Assembly: GCF_001263205.1 (NCBI RefSeq)
Contig: NZ_CP012333.1
Coordinates: 9,576,073 to 9,608,072, forward strand
Source: Labilithrix luteola
Lineage (GTDB): Bacteria; Myxococcota_A; Polyangia; Polyangiales; Polyangiaceae
Length of the DNA stretch: 32,000 nt
Direction: 5' to 3'
Numbering within the stretch: the stretch's first letter is position 1; every line of letters begins with the position of its first letter. Below are positions 1-11,321 of this stretch, in pieces. The translations under genes and the position numbers were made by a program. The notes under the pieces are model-generated. The model worked only from the letters and a program-made list of their open reading frames with translations. It did no database searches and was not told the DNA's origin.

Positions 1-138
1 CTTCACCCACTGATCCCAGGCCTCCTTCGAGACCTCTTCGTAGATGCGTTGACCGAGCTCGTTCTTGTAGGGCGGACGCGAAAGGCCGGGGAGCTCTTTG
101 CCGAGCTTTCGGCACTTGACGAGGCGGGGTTCGGACAT
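1..138 (-). CDS. yggX: YggX-family Fe(2+)-trafficking / oxidative-damage protection protein, 5' part only (3' end lies beyond the window start)
   Basis: Absent from the ORF track because there is no stop in the window. Minus-strand ATG at 136-138 reads [46 protein letters not shown]. This matches the conserved YggX core (E. coli ...[22 protein letters not shown]...). Confidence 0.75.
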   Translation of the reverse strand, partial: MSEPRLVKCRKLGKELPGLSRPPYKNELGQRIYEEVSKEAWDQWVK

Positions 139-285
139 GATTCCGTGGGTTTTACTCGCGGATGGTGCGAGATGCCAGCAGGACAGGCTCCGCCGTCCAG
201 CCGCCATGATCATCCAGCGCCGCGCCGAGCACGCCGCGATGTCGAGACGTTGCACGAGCCGGCGCGCGCGACGACGCGCAACTCC

Positions 286-1085
286 TCAGAACAACGCGAG
301 TTGGATTCCCGTCGAAGCATTCGACGGACCGGCCACGACTTCGAGCTCGTGCGCCTGACCGTGCGGGACGACGGCAACGTCGATTCCACGCGCCGCTTCG
401 GCCACGGTCTCGAGCGCACGCTCGGGCGTGTTGTTCGAACGCGAGAGGTGACCAAGGTAGAGGCGCGTCAGCCGCGTGCCCACGAGACTCGCGGCGAGCG
501 CGCCAGCCTCCTGATTCGAGAGATGGCCGAGCCCACCCCTGACGCGCCGCTTCAAATGCTCGGGGTAGGAGCCCCACGCGAGGAGCTCGGGCAATGGTTG
601 GCCTCGAGCATCGCGGCATCGCACGAGCCGAGGAGCGCGGCGAGGCCTTTGGTCGCACGGCCAACGTCGGTCGCGATGCCGAACGATCGGCCGGCTGCCG
701 CGACACGCAGCGCAACTTGCGGAGCGTCATGGGGCACCGGCTCGGCAAGAATCTCGAACGGACCGACGTGGAACGGGCGGCCGGGCGCGTAGTCGTGGAC
801 CTTGAACTTGCGCCGAACGCGATCGGCGTCGATGCCCGGATGAACCCAAACCGGCGCGTTCGTGGCGCGCGCGAGCCGTTCGACCTGGGCGAAGTGATCG
901 CCGTGATGGTGCGTCGGAACGATGGCGTCCACGCCACGCGGCAAGAACGCGCTCCCGAGTGACTCGAGGCGTTCGGCCGCGGACTTCGGACCGATGCCGG
1001 CATCGATCAGAACCCGCGATTCGCCCGCTTCGATGAGGACGGCGTTGCCGCTCGATCCACTTCCGAGCACGAAGACACGCAGCAT
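286..1085 (-). CDS. MBL-fold metallo-hydrolase (YycJ/PhnP-like); reading frame broken once at 588-591 (sequencing indel or pseudogene)
   Basis: ORF 552..1085 (MLRVFVLGSGSSGNAVLIEAG..., THHHGDH metal motif, ...LEANHCP) loses family similarity at 588-591. The family-typical continuation ELLAWGSYPEHLKRRVRGGLGHLSNQEAG...HGQAHELEV lies in ORF 286..624, one frame over. The joined length of ~266 aa is normal for this family. Confidence 0.8.
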
Positions 1086-1133
1086 CCGGGCCGCGAAGTC
1101 CTTCTATGTCGCGCGGAAGAACGCAAGCGGTAC

Positions 1134-3446
1134 GTGAGGCACGTTGCGCAAAAAGCATGTGTACCTTGGGATTCTCGGCATCTCGTCGTATCGTCCCAGG
1201 GCTTGTCGAGTCCTCGTCCCTGCCCCCACTGTGGAGCCGCCATCGCCGACACGGGCGCCAGCCAAATGCAGGCCCGTTTCTGCGGTCAGTGCGGTCGTAC
1301 GATCCCCGTTGCCCCGACCGCTCCGGACGTCGCGCCGATGGCGCCGCCCGCTGTTGGGTCCAACCTCGGCCAGACGCTCTACGAATCCCAGCCGTTCGGG
1401 GCAGGGCAAGGCGCGAGTGCTTTCGAGGAGCGCGTCTCGCGATTGCCGACGCCCGTCGTTCCTCCGGGCGCTGCCGTCGAGCTCTCAGCCGCCGTCTCGG
1501 ACACGGGAGGACTCAGCAAAGATGCCATCCGTCAGGCACTGAGCGCTGGAGCTGCGAGCGTCGACAACGGCAGGGCTCCCGTGCGAGCCGACGTCAGTCC
1601 GCTGTCGATGAGCGTCGCTTCCCCGAACGCGTGGATGCCTCCTCCCCCTGCGTCGCCCGCGGTTCCCGCGGCGGCTGCCGAGGTGCAGGTCGCCGAGCCC
1701 ACCAAGCGCCCACTCCCGTCGACGGCACAGACGATGCTTGGCATGCCCGCGCGCGATCTTCCGGTCGCTCCGCCGGCCGCGACGGCCGCTCACCCGCCTG
1801 CGCCGGATCCGACCAAGCCCGGTGGCATCGCGCCGATGACCAAGACGATGCTCGGCGTCGCCCTCCCTGGCATCGCACCGGTTCACCGCAAAGCCGAACC
1901 CGCACCCGCCCCGCAGGCACCGGTCACGCAGGCACCGGACGCGTCGGCTCCCGACGCGCGGGCTCCCGAAGCAAGTGCACGCGTCGACCTTCGGAGCAAG
2001 AACGCCACGATGCTCGGCGTTTCCGCCCCGCCGGGTCTCGCCGCCCTCGCCGCGCTCGGTTCGATGGGCGCCACGCAAGCCTTGCCGCCTGGACCGGCTG
2101 CTGCCGGCGCGCCTCTCGCAGCGACCGCGCCGATTCCGCAGGTCGTCCCCGCGCCCGCGCCCCTCACGCACGAGCCTCTCCCCGAGGCACCGATGGTGCC
2201 CGAGAAGCGGGGCGTCCCGGCCGTCGCCGTGGTCGGCATCGTGTTCCTGGTGGTGGCGATCGCCGGTGCCGGCATTGCGTTCCTCTCCCTTCGCGGTGGA
2301 GGCGCGCTCACCGCTCAGCCACAGCTCGACGACACCGGTCGCGAGTCGCTTCGGATTGCGTGCCCGTCGTGTCCGGATGGCACCGTGCTCGCGCTCGGCG
2401 CCTCTTCCGCGACCGTGCAGGGCAACGCCGCCGTCCTTCCGCTCCCCGCGCCGCTCACCATCGGTGACAACGATCTCACGGTGAAAATCGATCGTCCGAA
2501 GGCCGGGCGCGACGAAGAGGTGAAGATCCACGTTCCCGTCGCGTATCGCGTGCGCACGGACCTCACCACGCTGTCTTCCAAGCCGCCGGCGATCACAGTA
2601 CGCGTCGAAGCCACGCCTGGGAGCGACGTCCGCGTCGACGACAAGCCGCTCACGCTCGATGCCCAGGGCAAAGGCGCGTACGCCATCGCGCTCGGACAGG
2701 ACGCCGAGGGGCCGCGCGACGAGGCCAAGACCTTCGAGCGAAAGATCCCCTTCACGGTCACGCCGAAGGGCGGCAAGGCCGAGACCGGTCAGCTCATCGC
2801 GCGCACGTCGATCGTGCCCCTCCACCTCGACGCTCCGGGCCTGCTGCTCGTCACCGATCGCGGCACCGCTGCGGTGTCGGGCCAGACGCGTCCGAACGCG
2901 ACGCTCACCATCGATGGCCAGTCGATTTCGGTCGACGCACAGGGCCGCTTCGGTGTCCGCGTCGAGTTGCCCACGCAGGGGGAGAAGTTGCTCGAGCTCG
3001 TGGCCTCCTCGCCTCCGCTCGCGCCGCGCGTCGTGCACGCCAAGGTGATTCGTACGTCGTCGCTCGAAGCGAGCGCGAAGGAGCTGGACGGCAAGGGCGC
3101 GCTCCGCTTCGACGCCATCGCGGCCGATCCTGCGGGCACCGTGGGCCAGTCGACCCTCGTCGAAGGCGAGGTCATCGACGCCCGCGTGAGTACCGGACAG
3201 ACCGTCTTGCTCATCGACGAGCGCCGCTCCTGTGCGGCCGCCCAGACCGTGAAAGCCGGCCCGCGCGACATCGGAAGCGCGCCTTGTCTCGTTCGCGTCG
3301 TGCACGGCGAAGAAGAGAAGGTTTCGCGCGGAGAGATCGTCCGTGCCTACGGCACCGTCACCGGATCGGTCACGGCTGGCGGTAAGACCGTCCCCGAAGT
3401 CGGTGCCGCGCTGGTGCTGCTCGTGAAGTCCACGGGCGCGCGATGA
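1134..3446 (+). CDS. Zinc-ribbon, single-pass membrane protein with a Pro/Ala-rich cytoplasmic region and a beta-rich extracytoplasmic region (hypothetical)
   Basis: Longest ORF (GTG 1134; alternative TTG 1203). Cys4 zinc ribbon CPHC-x16-CGQC (1221-1292). A ~300-aa low-complexity Pro/Ala segment follows, then one TM helix (VAVVGIVFLVVAIAGAGIAFLSL), then a ~380-aa beta-rich C-terminal region. GC3 bias supports this frame. Confidence 0.7.
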   Translation: MRHVAQKACVPWDSRHLVVSSQGLSSPRPCPHCGAAIADTGASQMQARFCGQCGRTIPVAPTAPDVAPMAPPAVGSNLGQTLYESQPFGAGQGASAFEERVSRLPTPVVPPGAAVELSAAVSDTGGLSKDAIRQALSAGAASVDNGRAPVRADVSPLSMSVASPNAWMPPPPASPAVPAAAAEVQVAEPTKRPLPSTAQTMLGMPARDLPVAPPAATAAHPPAPDPTKPGGIAPMTKTMLGVALPGIAPVHRKAEPAPAPQAPVTQAPDASAPDARAPEASARVDLRSKNATMLGVSAPPGLAALAALGSMGATQALPPGPAAAGAPLAATAPIPQVVPAPAPLTHEPLPEAPMVPEKRGVPAVAVVGIVFLVVAIAGAGIAFLSLRGGGALTAQPQLDDTGRESLRIACPSCPDGTVLALGASSATVQGNAAVLPLPAPLTIGDNDLTVKIDRPKAGRDEEVKIHVPVAYRVRTDLTTLSSKPPAITVRVEATPGSDVRVDDKPLTLDAQGKGAYAIALGQDAEGPRDEAKTFERKIPFTVTPKGGKAETGQLIARTSIVPLHLDAPGLLLVTDRGTAAVSGQTRPNATLTIDGQSISVDAQGRFGVRVELPTQGEKLLELVASSPPLAPRVVHAKVIRTSSLEASAKELDGKGALRFDAIAADPAGTVGQSTLVEGEVIDARVSTGQTVLLIDERRSCAAAQTVKAGPRDIGSAPCLVRVVHGEEEKVSRGEIVRAYGTVTGSVTAGGKTVPEVGAALVLLVKSTGAR

Positions 3447-4843
3447 CTCGACGGCGCGCGGTCGCCGTGGCCGCCGCCATGGGAGCGATCTCCTGCGGAG
3501 CGCTCCTCGCGCCCCGTCAGGAGGCCGCCGCGCAGCGAATCGATCCGCGTCGCGCGAACAGCTTTGTCGTCGGCGCGCCGGGTGGGCCTTCGCCTGCCCT
3601 GCGTGTCGACGCAGCGCGAAGCGGCCTCACCCACGACGTCCTGCCCACCGGTGCGCTGCACGTCGGGTGGCGCAAGACCTTCGGCCTCGCGGTCGAGCAG
3701 CCTGCGCTCGCCGGCGCGGACGGAACGCTGGCTCTCGTCACTTCGCGCGGCGACGTCGTCTTCCTCGATGCCGACGGCGAAGAAGTCGGTCACGTGACCG
3801 CCGCGACAACCTCGGTCGGGCCGGCCGCCATCACCTCGGACGGCACGGTCGTGTTCGTGACGGCGAGCGGAGATGCCATCGGAGTGCGCCGCCAGATGGC
3901 TTCACGCCGCTTCCTCACGCACGTCGGCGGCGAACGAAATCAGCGAACCGCTCCGCTTCCTCTCGACGATGGCGGCGTCGTCGTCGCCACGATGACCGAC
4001 CTCATCGTGCTCGACGCCGAAGGAAACGTCCGGACGCGGACCACCCTCCCCGCGCCCTCGGCCGCGCCGCTCGTGGCCACGGGCGACAAGATTCTCGCCA
4101 TCACCACCACGGGCGCGGTCTACGGGTGGACCCCGGGTCGCGAGCCGGTACGACTCGGCTCGTTCGGCGCGCCCATCGACGGTGGGGCGGCCCTCTCCGA
4201 TGCGAACACGCTCGTCGCCGTCATCGAAACGAACCACGTCGTCGAGCTCAATCTGTCGACGGGAGCCCGAGCGACCCGAGCCATCTCTTCGCAAGGCCTC
4301 TACCTCGGGCCGCCGAGCGTGCGACGCCAGACGAACGGCAATCTCGTCACGCTCCTCGCCATGACGCCGACGCGCTCGGCGGTGGTGACGCTCGATCCCG
4401 CGGGACAGGAAGTGCTGCGTGCGGCGGTCGGCTCCGTCACCGCCACCACCTTGCCCGATGGCGGCGTGGCTCCCCTCGTGGCCCCCGCCCACGTAGGACC
4501 GCTCGTCGATCCTCGGGGCGCCGTCGCCTTCGCCGCGCCCGACGGGCACGTAGGCCTCGTCGCTGCCGACGGCTCGTCCGAGACCATCGGCGAGCTCCTC
4601 TGCACGAAGACGAGCCGCTCCTCCGGGGTGGCCGGGCTCACCCCCTTCGGCCCCGGCTCGTTCGCGGTGACCTGCGAAGGTGGAGCGGTCGTCCGCATCG
4701 ACGGCGCCGACGTCGCACCGCGTCCGCGCCGAGCGGTCGTGCCCGCGACCAGCGCACGTCCGCACCCTCCTCCGAAGGCGCCGATGCCCCCCGACCGCCA
4801 GCCGCTGCCGCCGCCGCAAGAAGACGACGAGCCGGAGGATTGA
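3443..4843 (+). CDS. Secreted PQQ/BamB-like beta-propeller repeat protein with a Pro-rich acidic tail (hypothetical)
   Basis: The ATG overlaps the upstream stop (ATGA at 3443-3446). Signal peptide MTRRRAVAVAAAMGAISCGALLAPRQEAAAQ. About eight blade-like repeats are visible (GDVVFLDADGEEVG, DGTVVFVTASGDAIG, LIVLDAEGNVR, GAVYGWTPG, HVVELNLSTG, VVTLDPAGQEV, HVGLVAADGS, GAVVRIDGAD). C-terminal PPPKAPMPPDRQPLPPPQEDDEPED. Confidence 0.7.
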   Translation: MTRRRAVAVAAAMGAISCGALLAPRQEAAAQRIDPRRANSFVVGAPGGPSPALRVDAARSGLTHDVLPTGALHVGWRKTFGLAVEQPALAGADGTLALVTSRGDVVFLDADGEEVGHVTAATTSVGPAAITSDGTVVFVTASGDAIGVRRQMASRRFLTHVGGERNQRTAPLPLDDGGVVVATMTDLIVLDAEGNVRTRTTLPAPSAAPLVATGDKILAITTTGAVYGWTPGREPVRLGSFGAPIDGGAALSDANTLVAVIETNHVVELNLSTGARATRAISSQGLYLGPPSVRRQTNGNLVTLLAMTPTRSAVVTLDPAGQEVLRAAVGSVTATTLPDGGVAPLVAPAHVGPLVDPRGAVAFAAPDGHVGLVAADGSSETIGELLCTKTSRSSGVAGLTPFGPGSFAVTCEGGAVVRIDGADVAPRPRRAVVPATSARPHPPPKAPMPPDRQPLPPPQEDDEPED

Positions 4844-4846
4844 GAA

Positions 4847-4868
4847 GCTCGAGCGGTCGAGCTCGAGC
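4847..4868 (+). terminator. GC-rich hairpin directly after the stop of the propeller gene (possible U-tract-less terminator)
   Basis: GCTCGAGC (4847-4854) / GCTCGAGC (4861-4868) form an 8-bp self-complementary stem with a 6-nt loop, 4 nt after TGA 4841-4843. No U tract follows. Confidence 0.3.
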
Positions 4869-4937
4869 ACGAGAAGCCCGTAGAAACGCCTCGGGCATGG
4901 CCTGGCACGCTGCCAAGATTCGGCCTATAGTCCCGGC

Positions 4938-5270
4938 ATGATCAGCATGACGGACCGCGCGGCGGCCAAGGTCAAAGAGATCGTCGCCACCACGACCGAC
5001 GAGGATCTGAGCAATCAGGGCCTGCGCGTCAAAGTCGTGGGCGGTGGCTGTGCCGGCTTCTCCTACGACCTCTACTTCGAGAACGAAGTGGGTGACATGG
5101 ACGAGCAGTTCGAGTCGAACGGCGTGAAGCTGTACGTCGACCCGCTGAGCTTCCAGTACCTCGAGAACACCGAGATCGACTACATCGAAGATGTTCACCA
5201 CTCGGGCTTCAAGTTCAACAACCCGAACACCACCGGCAGCTGCGGGTGTGGTTCGAGCGTGAAGTTCTGA
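4938..5270 (+). CDS. erpA: A-type iron-sulfur cluster carrier / insertion protein (HesB/IscA/ErpA family)
   Basis: 110 aa. Contains VVGGGCAGFSY and C-terminal TGSCGCGSSVKF, the three-Cys ligand set of A-type carriers. Colinear with E. coli ErpA along its whole length. Confidence 0.9.
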   Translation: MISMTDRAAAKVKEIVATTTDEDLSNQGLRVKVVGGGCAGFSYDLYFENEVGDMDEQFESNGVKLYVDPLSFQYLENTEIDYIEDVHHSGFKFNNPNTTGSCGCGSSVKF

Positions 5271-5326
5271 GTCGAACGTCTCCCACGCGCGCTCGCTGAC
5301 ACCATCAGTAAGCCGCGCAGAGCTGA

Positions 5327-5371
5327 AGCGCTGGGCGCAGGGTCATCCCGCCCCGGCGCTTTTGCTTTTTG
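5327..5371 (+). terminator. Rho-independent terminator of erpA
   Basis: Stem AGCGCTGGG(CG) 5327-5337 pairs with (CG)CCCCGGCGCT 5349-5360, giving 9 contiguous pairs including one G-U. It is followed immediately by TTTGCTTTTTGT (5361-5372). Confidence 0.75.
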
Positions 5372-5394
5372 TCGCGCCCGCGTGGCCTTGACTC

Positions 5395-5435
5395 CCTCCG
5401 GAGGTCCGACCAGGATGGGATTCGCTCATCCGGAT
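5395..5435. promoter_or_regulatory. Two TCCGGA-centred palindromes upstream of the sahR-like gene (candidate operator pair)
   Basis: CCTCCGGAGG (5395-5404, perfect 10-bp palindrome) and ATCCGGAT (5428-5435, perfect 8-bp palindrome). Their centres are 32 bp apart. They lie between a TTGACT hexamer (5388-5393) and the ATG at 5460. Confidence 0.25.
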
Positions 5436-5459
5436 AGGCCGATATAGAGCTCGGGCGTC

Positions 5460-6425
5460 ATGAATCTCTCGCAGTGCGTCGGAACGATGAACCTGCTCGG
5501 CGACGAGAGCCGCATCCGGCTCTGCGCGCTGCTCAGGGAGCGCGAGCTGAGCGTGACGGACCTCGTGCGTGTCACGGGGATCTCGCAATCGCGCGTCTCG
5601 ACGCACCTCGCACGCCTGCGGGAAGGTGGCTTCGTCCGCGATCGGCGCGAAGGCCAGCACGCGTTCTACGCGCTCGCGACCGACACCATGCCGCGCACGG
5701 CGCAGGCGGTCCTCGAGGAGGCCACCAGCTCCGACGATCCCACGCTCGACGGCGATCGCAAACGCCTCTCCGAACTCGATGCCGAACAGCGCGGGCAGCT
5801 CCCGGAGTCGTTCGTCGGCAAGATGGACCTCCACTACTCGCCGGGTCGAACGTGGCAGTCCCTCGTCGTCGGCCTCGCGGCGCTTCTTCGCCTCGGAGAC
5901 GTGCTCGACGTGGGCTCCGGCGACGGCGCAGCGGCCGCCTTCCTCGCCCCGCACTGCAAGTCGCTTACGTGCGTCGATGCGAGCCCTCGCATGATCGACG
6001 CCGCCAACGAGCGCCTCGCCAAGTTCTCGCACGTGAAGGCGCGTCTCGAGGCCCGCGTCGCCGACGCGCAGGCTCTTCCCTTTCGTGCCGCCGCCTTCGA
6101 CACCGTCCTCGTGTTCCACACGCTCACGTATGCGGCCGAGCCCGCCAAGGTCCTCCAGGAGTGCGCGCGCGTCCTGCGTCCCGGTGGGCGGGTCGTCGTT
6201 CTCTCGCTCGACGAGCACGCCCATCGCGATGTGACCTCACCCTTCGGAGAGCGCCACTCGGGCTTCTCTCCGCGGTCGCTCCGCACCATGCTGACCCGCG
6301 CCGGACTGACAGTCGCTTCGTGCGACGTCGCGAGCCGCGAGTCCAAGAAACCCCACTTTCAGGTCGTGCTTGCCGTCGCCGACAAGCGCCGTTCTGCGTC
6401 TTCGAAGAGCTCCAAAGCAGGTTGA
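5460..6425 (+). CDS. sahR: ArsR-family winged-helix regulator fused to a SAM-methyltransferase-like domain (SahR-type S-adenosylhomocysteine-responsive regulator)
   Basis: N-terminus LLGDESRIRLCALLRERELSVTDLVRVTGISQSRVSTHLARLREGGFVRDRREGQHAFYAL is an ArsR/SmtB HTH. The C-terminus carries MTase motif I VLDVGSGDGAAAAFLA plus LRPGGRVVVLS. The stop lies 3 nt before the metH start. The start could be the second ATG (MNLLGD...). Confidence 0.8.
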   Translation: MNLSQCVGTMNLLGDESRIRLCALLRERELSVTDLVRVTGISQSRVSTHLARLREGGFVRDRREGQHAFYALATDTMPRTAQAVLEEATSSDDPTLDGDRKRLSELDAEQRGQLPESFVGKMDLHYSPGRTWQSLVVGLAALLRLGDVLDVGSGDGAAAAFLAPHCKSLTCVDASPRMIDAANERLAKFSHVKARLEARVADAQALPFRAAAFDTVLVFHTLTYAAEPAKVLQECARVLRPGGRVVVLSLDEHAHRDVTSPFGERHSGFSPRSLRTMLTRAGLTVASCDVASRESKKPHFQVVLAVADKRRSASSKSSKAG

Positions 6426-6428
6426 TTC

Positions 6429-10228
<3,800 letters not shown>

Positions 10229-10241
10229 TGCTGGAGTGAGT

Positions 10242-10272
10242 GGAGCGCGCTCGGGGCCGTCGAGCGCGCTCC
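10242..10272. terminator. GC-rich hairpin between convergent metH and an outer-membrane protein gene (possible bidirectional terminator)
   Basis: GGAGCGCGCTCG (10242-10253) and CGAGCGCGCTCC (10261-10272) form a perfect 12-bp stem with a 7-nt loop. The stem starts 14 nt after the metH stop and ends 17 nt before the stop of the minus-strand gene. There is no U tract. Confidence 0.45.
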
Positions 10273-10288
10273 CGCACAGAGCCGGACC

Positions 10289-11077
10289 TCAGCGCTGGGC
10301 GCCGACGGCAAAGCCCACGTAGGCGACCGACCGGCCACCGAAGCTCGCGTCGGCAAGGTAGTGCGAGGGGCTCACCAGCGTGGTGTACGACGGACGAATC
10401 GCGGCGTAGAACCCCTCGCCGAAGAGCGCGGTGACGGCGCTGCTGACCGAGACTTCTTGGGCGTGGAAGCGCTCGCTCTTCGCATCGTAGCCCTGGGCCC
10501 CGACCTGCGCGCGCGGACGGACATGGAAGCGCGACCCGAGCTTGAATAGGTGCTCGGCACCGACGACCCCGTAGAGCCCCTGCTTCTCCAAGAAGCACGG
10601 AAATAGGTCGAGCGTCGGTGTCAGGAATCCGTTGGGAATCGACAGGCGGGCGGTGCCTTCGACGTCCTGACGTACCTGCGCCATGCGTGGGTAGAACCAC
10701 ACGCGCGCGCCGACCTCGAGCAGCATGACGCTCATCTTGCCGCCGTAGGTGACGCTCGGCAGGACCTCCTCAGCCTTCTCGTACTTCTTCGTCGTGTCGC
10801 CGAGAGCCATGGCGAACGACGAGCCGAGTTGGAGCGTTCCTGGTCCAACGTCCTTCAGGCGCACGGCGACCAGATCCTCGGTGGCCGGCGTGGACTTGGT
10901 GTCGTACTTCGGCGCGCCGTGCACGAGCTTCGTGGACGACAGACCCGCTTCGACGACGTACCCCAACGACGGCGTCGTCTGCGCGTTCGACCTCTTGTCG
11001 GCGTCCTGTGCGAACGCGTTCGTCGACAGCGCGACGGTGCACGTGAAAACAAAAGCGGACACGACGATGTGTCTCAT
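10289..11077 (-). CDS. Secreted, probably outer-membrane beta-barrel protein (hypothetical)
   Basis: I prefer ATG 11077 (GGGGAG 8 nt upstream) over the track start 11149. Signal peptide MRHIVVSAFVFTCTVALSTNAFAQ. Alternating hydrophobic beta-strand pattern throughout (SVAYVGFAVGA, GLYGVVGAEHLF, MSVMLLEVGARVWF). Confidence 0.65.
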   Translation of the reverse strand: MRHIVVSAFVFTCTVALSTNAFAQDADKRSNAQTTPSLGYVVEAGLSSTKLVHGAPKYDTKSTPATEDLVAVRLKDVGPGTLQLGSSFAMALGDTTKKYEKAEEVLPSVTYGGKMSVMLLEVGARVWFYPRMAQVRQDVEGTARLSIPNGFLTPTLDLFPCFLEKQGLYGVVGAEHLFKLGSRFHVRPRAQVGAQGYDAKSERFHAQEVSVSSAVTALFGEGFYAAIRPSYTTLVSPSHYLADASFGGRSVAYVGFAVGAQR

Positions 11078-11249
11078 TTCGAATCTCCCCGGTCGGTGAA
11101 CACCTCCGCCCGCGAACCAACCTCGATGCGCAGGCGTCGTGAGGCGCACCTCGGGGAAACGTCAAAATGCGACAAAGCTGGAGGAAACTCTTGCAGTCGC
11201 GACGACGAATCGCCGACCGCGAATTCGAGAATCCGTCCAGACGTACGGA

Positions 11250-11292
11250 CAAAAAGCGAACGTCCGCAGACGGATTCGCCTGCAGACGTTCG
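11250..11292 (-). terminator. Rho-independent terminator of the MCP gene
   Basis: On the minus strand, CGAACGTCTGCAG (11292-11280) pairs with CTGCGGACGTTCG (11269-11257): 13 bp with 1 mismatch and a 10-nt loop. It is followed by CTTTTTG (11256-11250). The site is ~30 nt downstream of the MCP stop. Confidence 0.7.
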
Positions 11293-11321
11293 ATTCTCGA
11301 TTCCGAAGTTTGGATTGTTAT

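Noticed and set aside
1485-3305. Very long antisense or out-of-frame ORFs throughout the window. Examples: 1485..3305 (-), 1106..2467 (+), 7405..9318 (+), 7619..9226 (-), 11520..13007 (+), 14389..16488 (+), 15824..17368 (+), 27312..28625 (-), 28514..30082 (-), 29207..31204 (+).
   Set aside because: Their products are Arg/Ala/Gly/Pro-rich strings with no domain motifs. Each overlaps an ORF that has clear family signatures or the rnpB RNA. Long stop-free alternative frames are expected in very GC-rich DNA.
4903-4917. TGGCAC upstream of erpA as a sigma-54 -24 element.
   Set aside because: The position where the -12 GC (TTGC) should lie, 11 nt after the GG, reads CAAG. No enhancer-binding protein gene is nearby.
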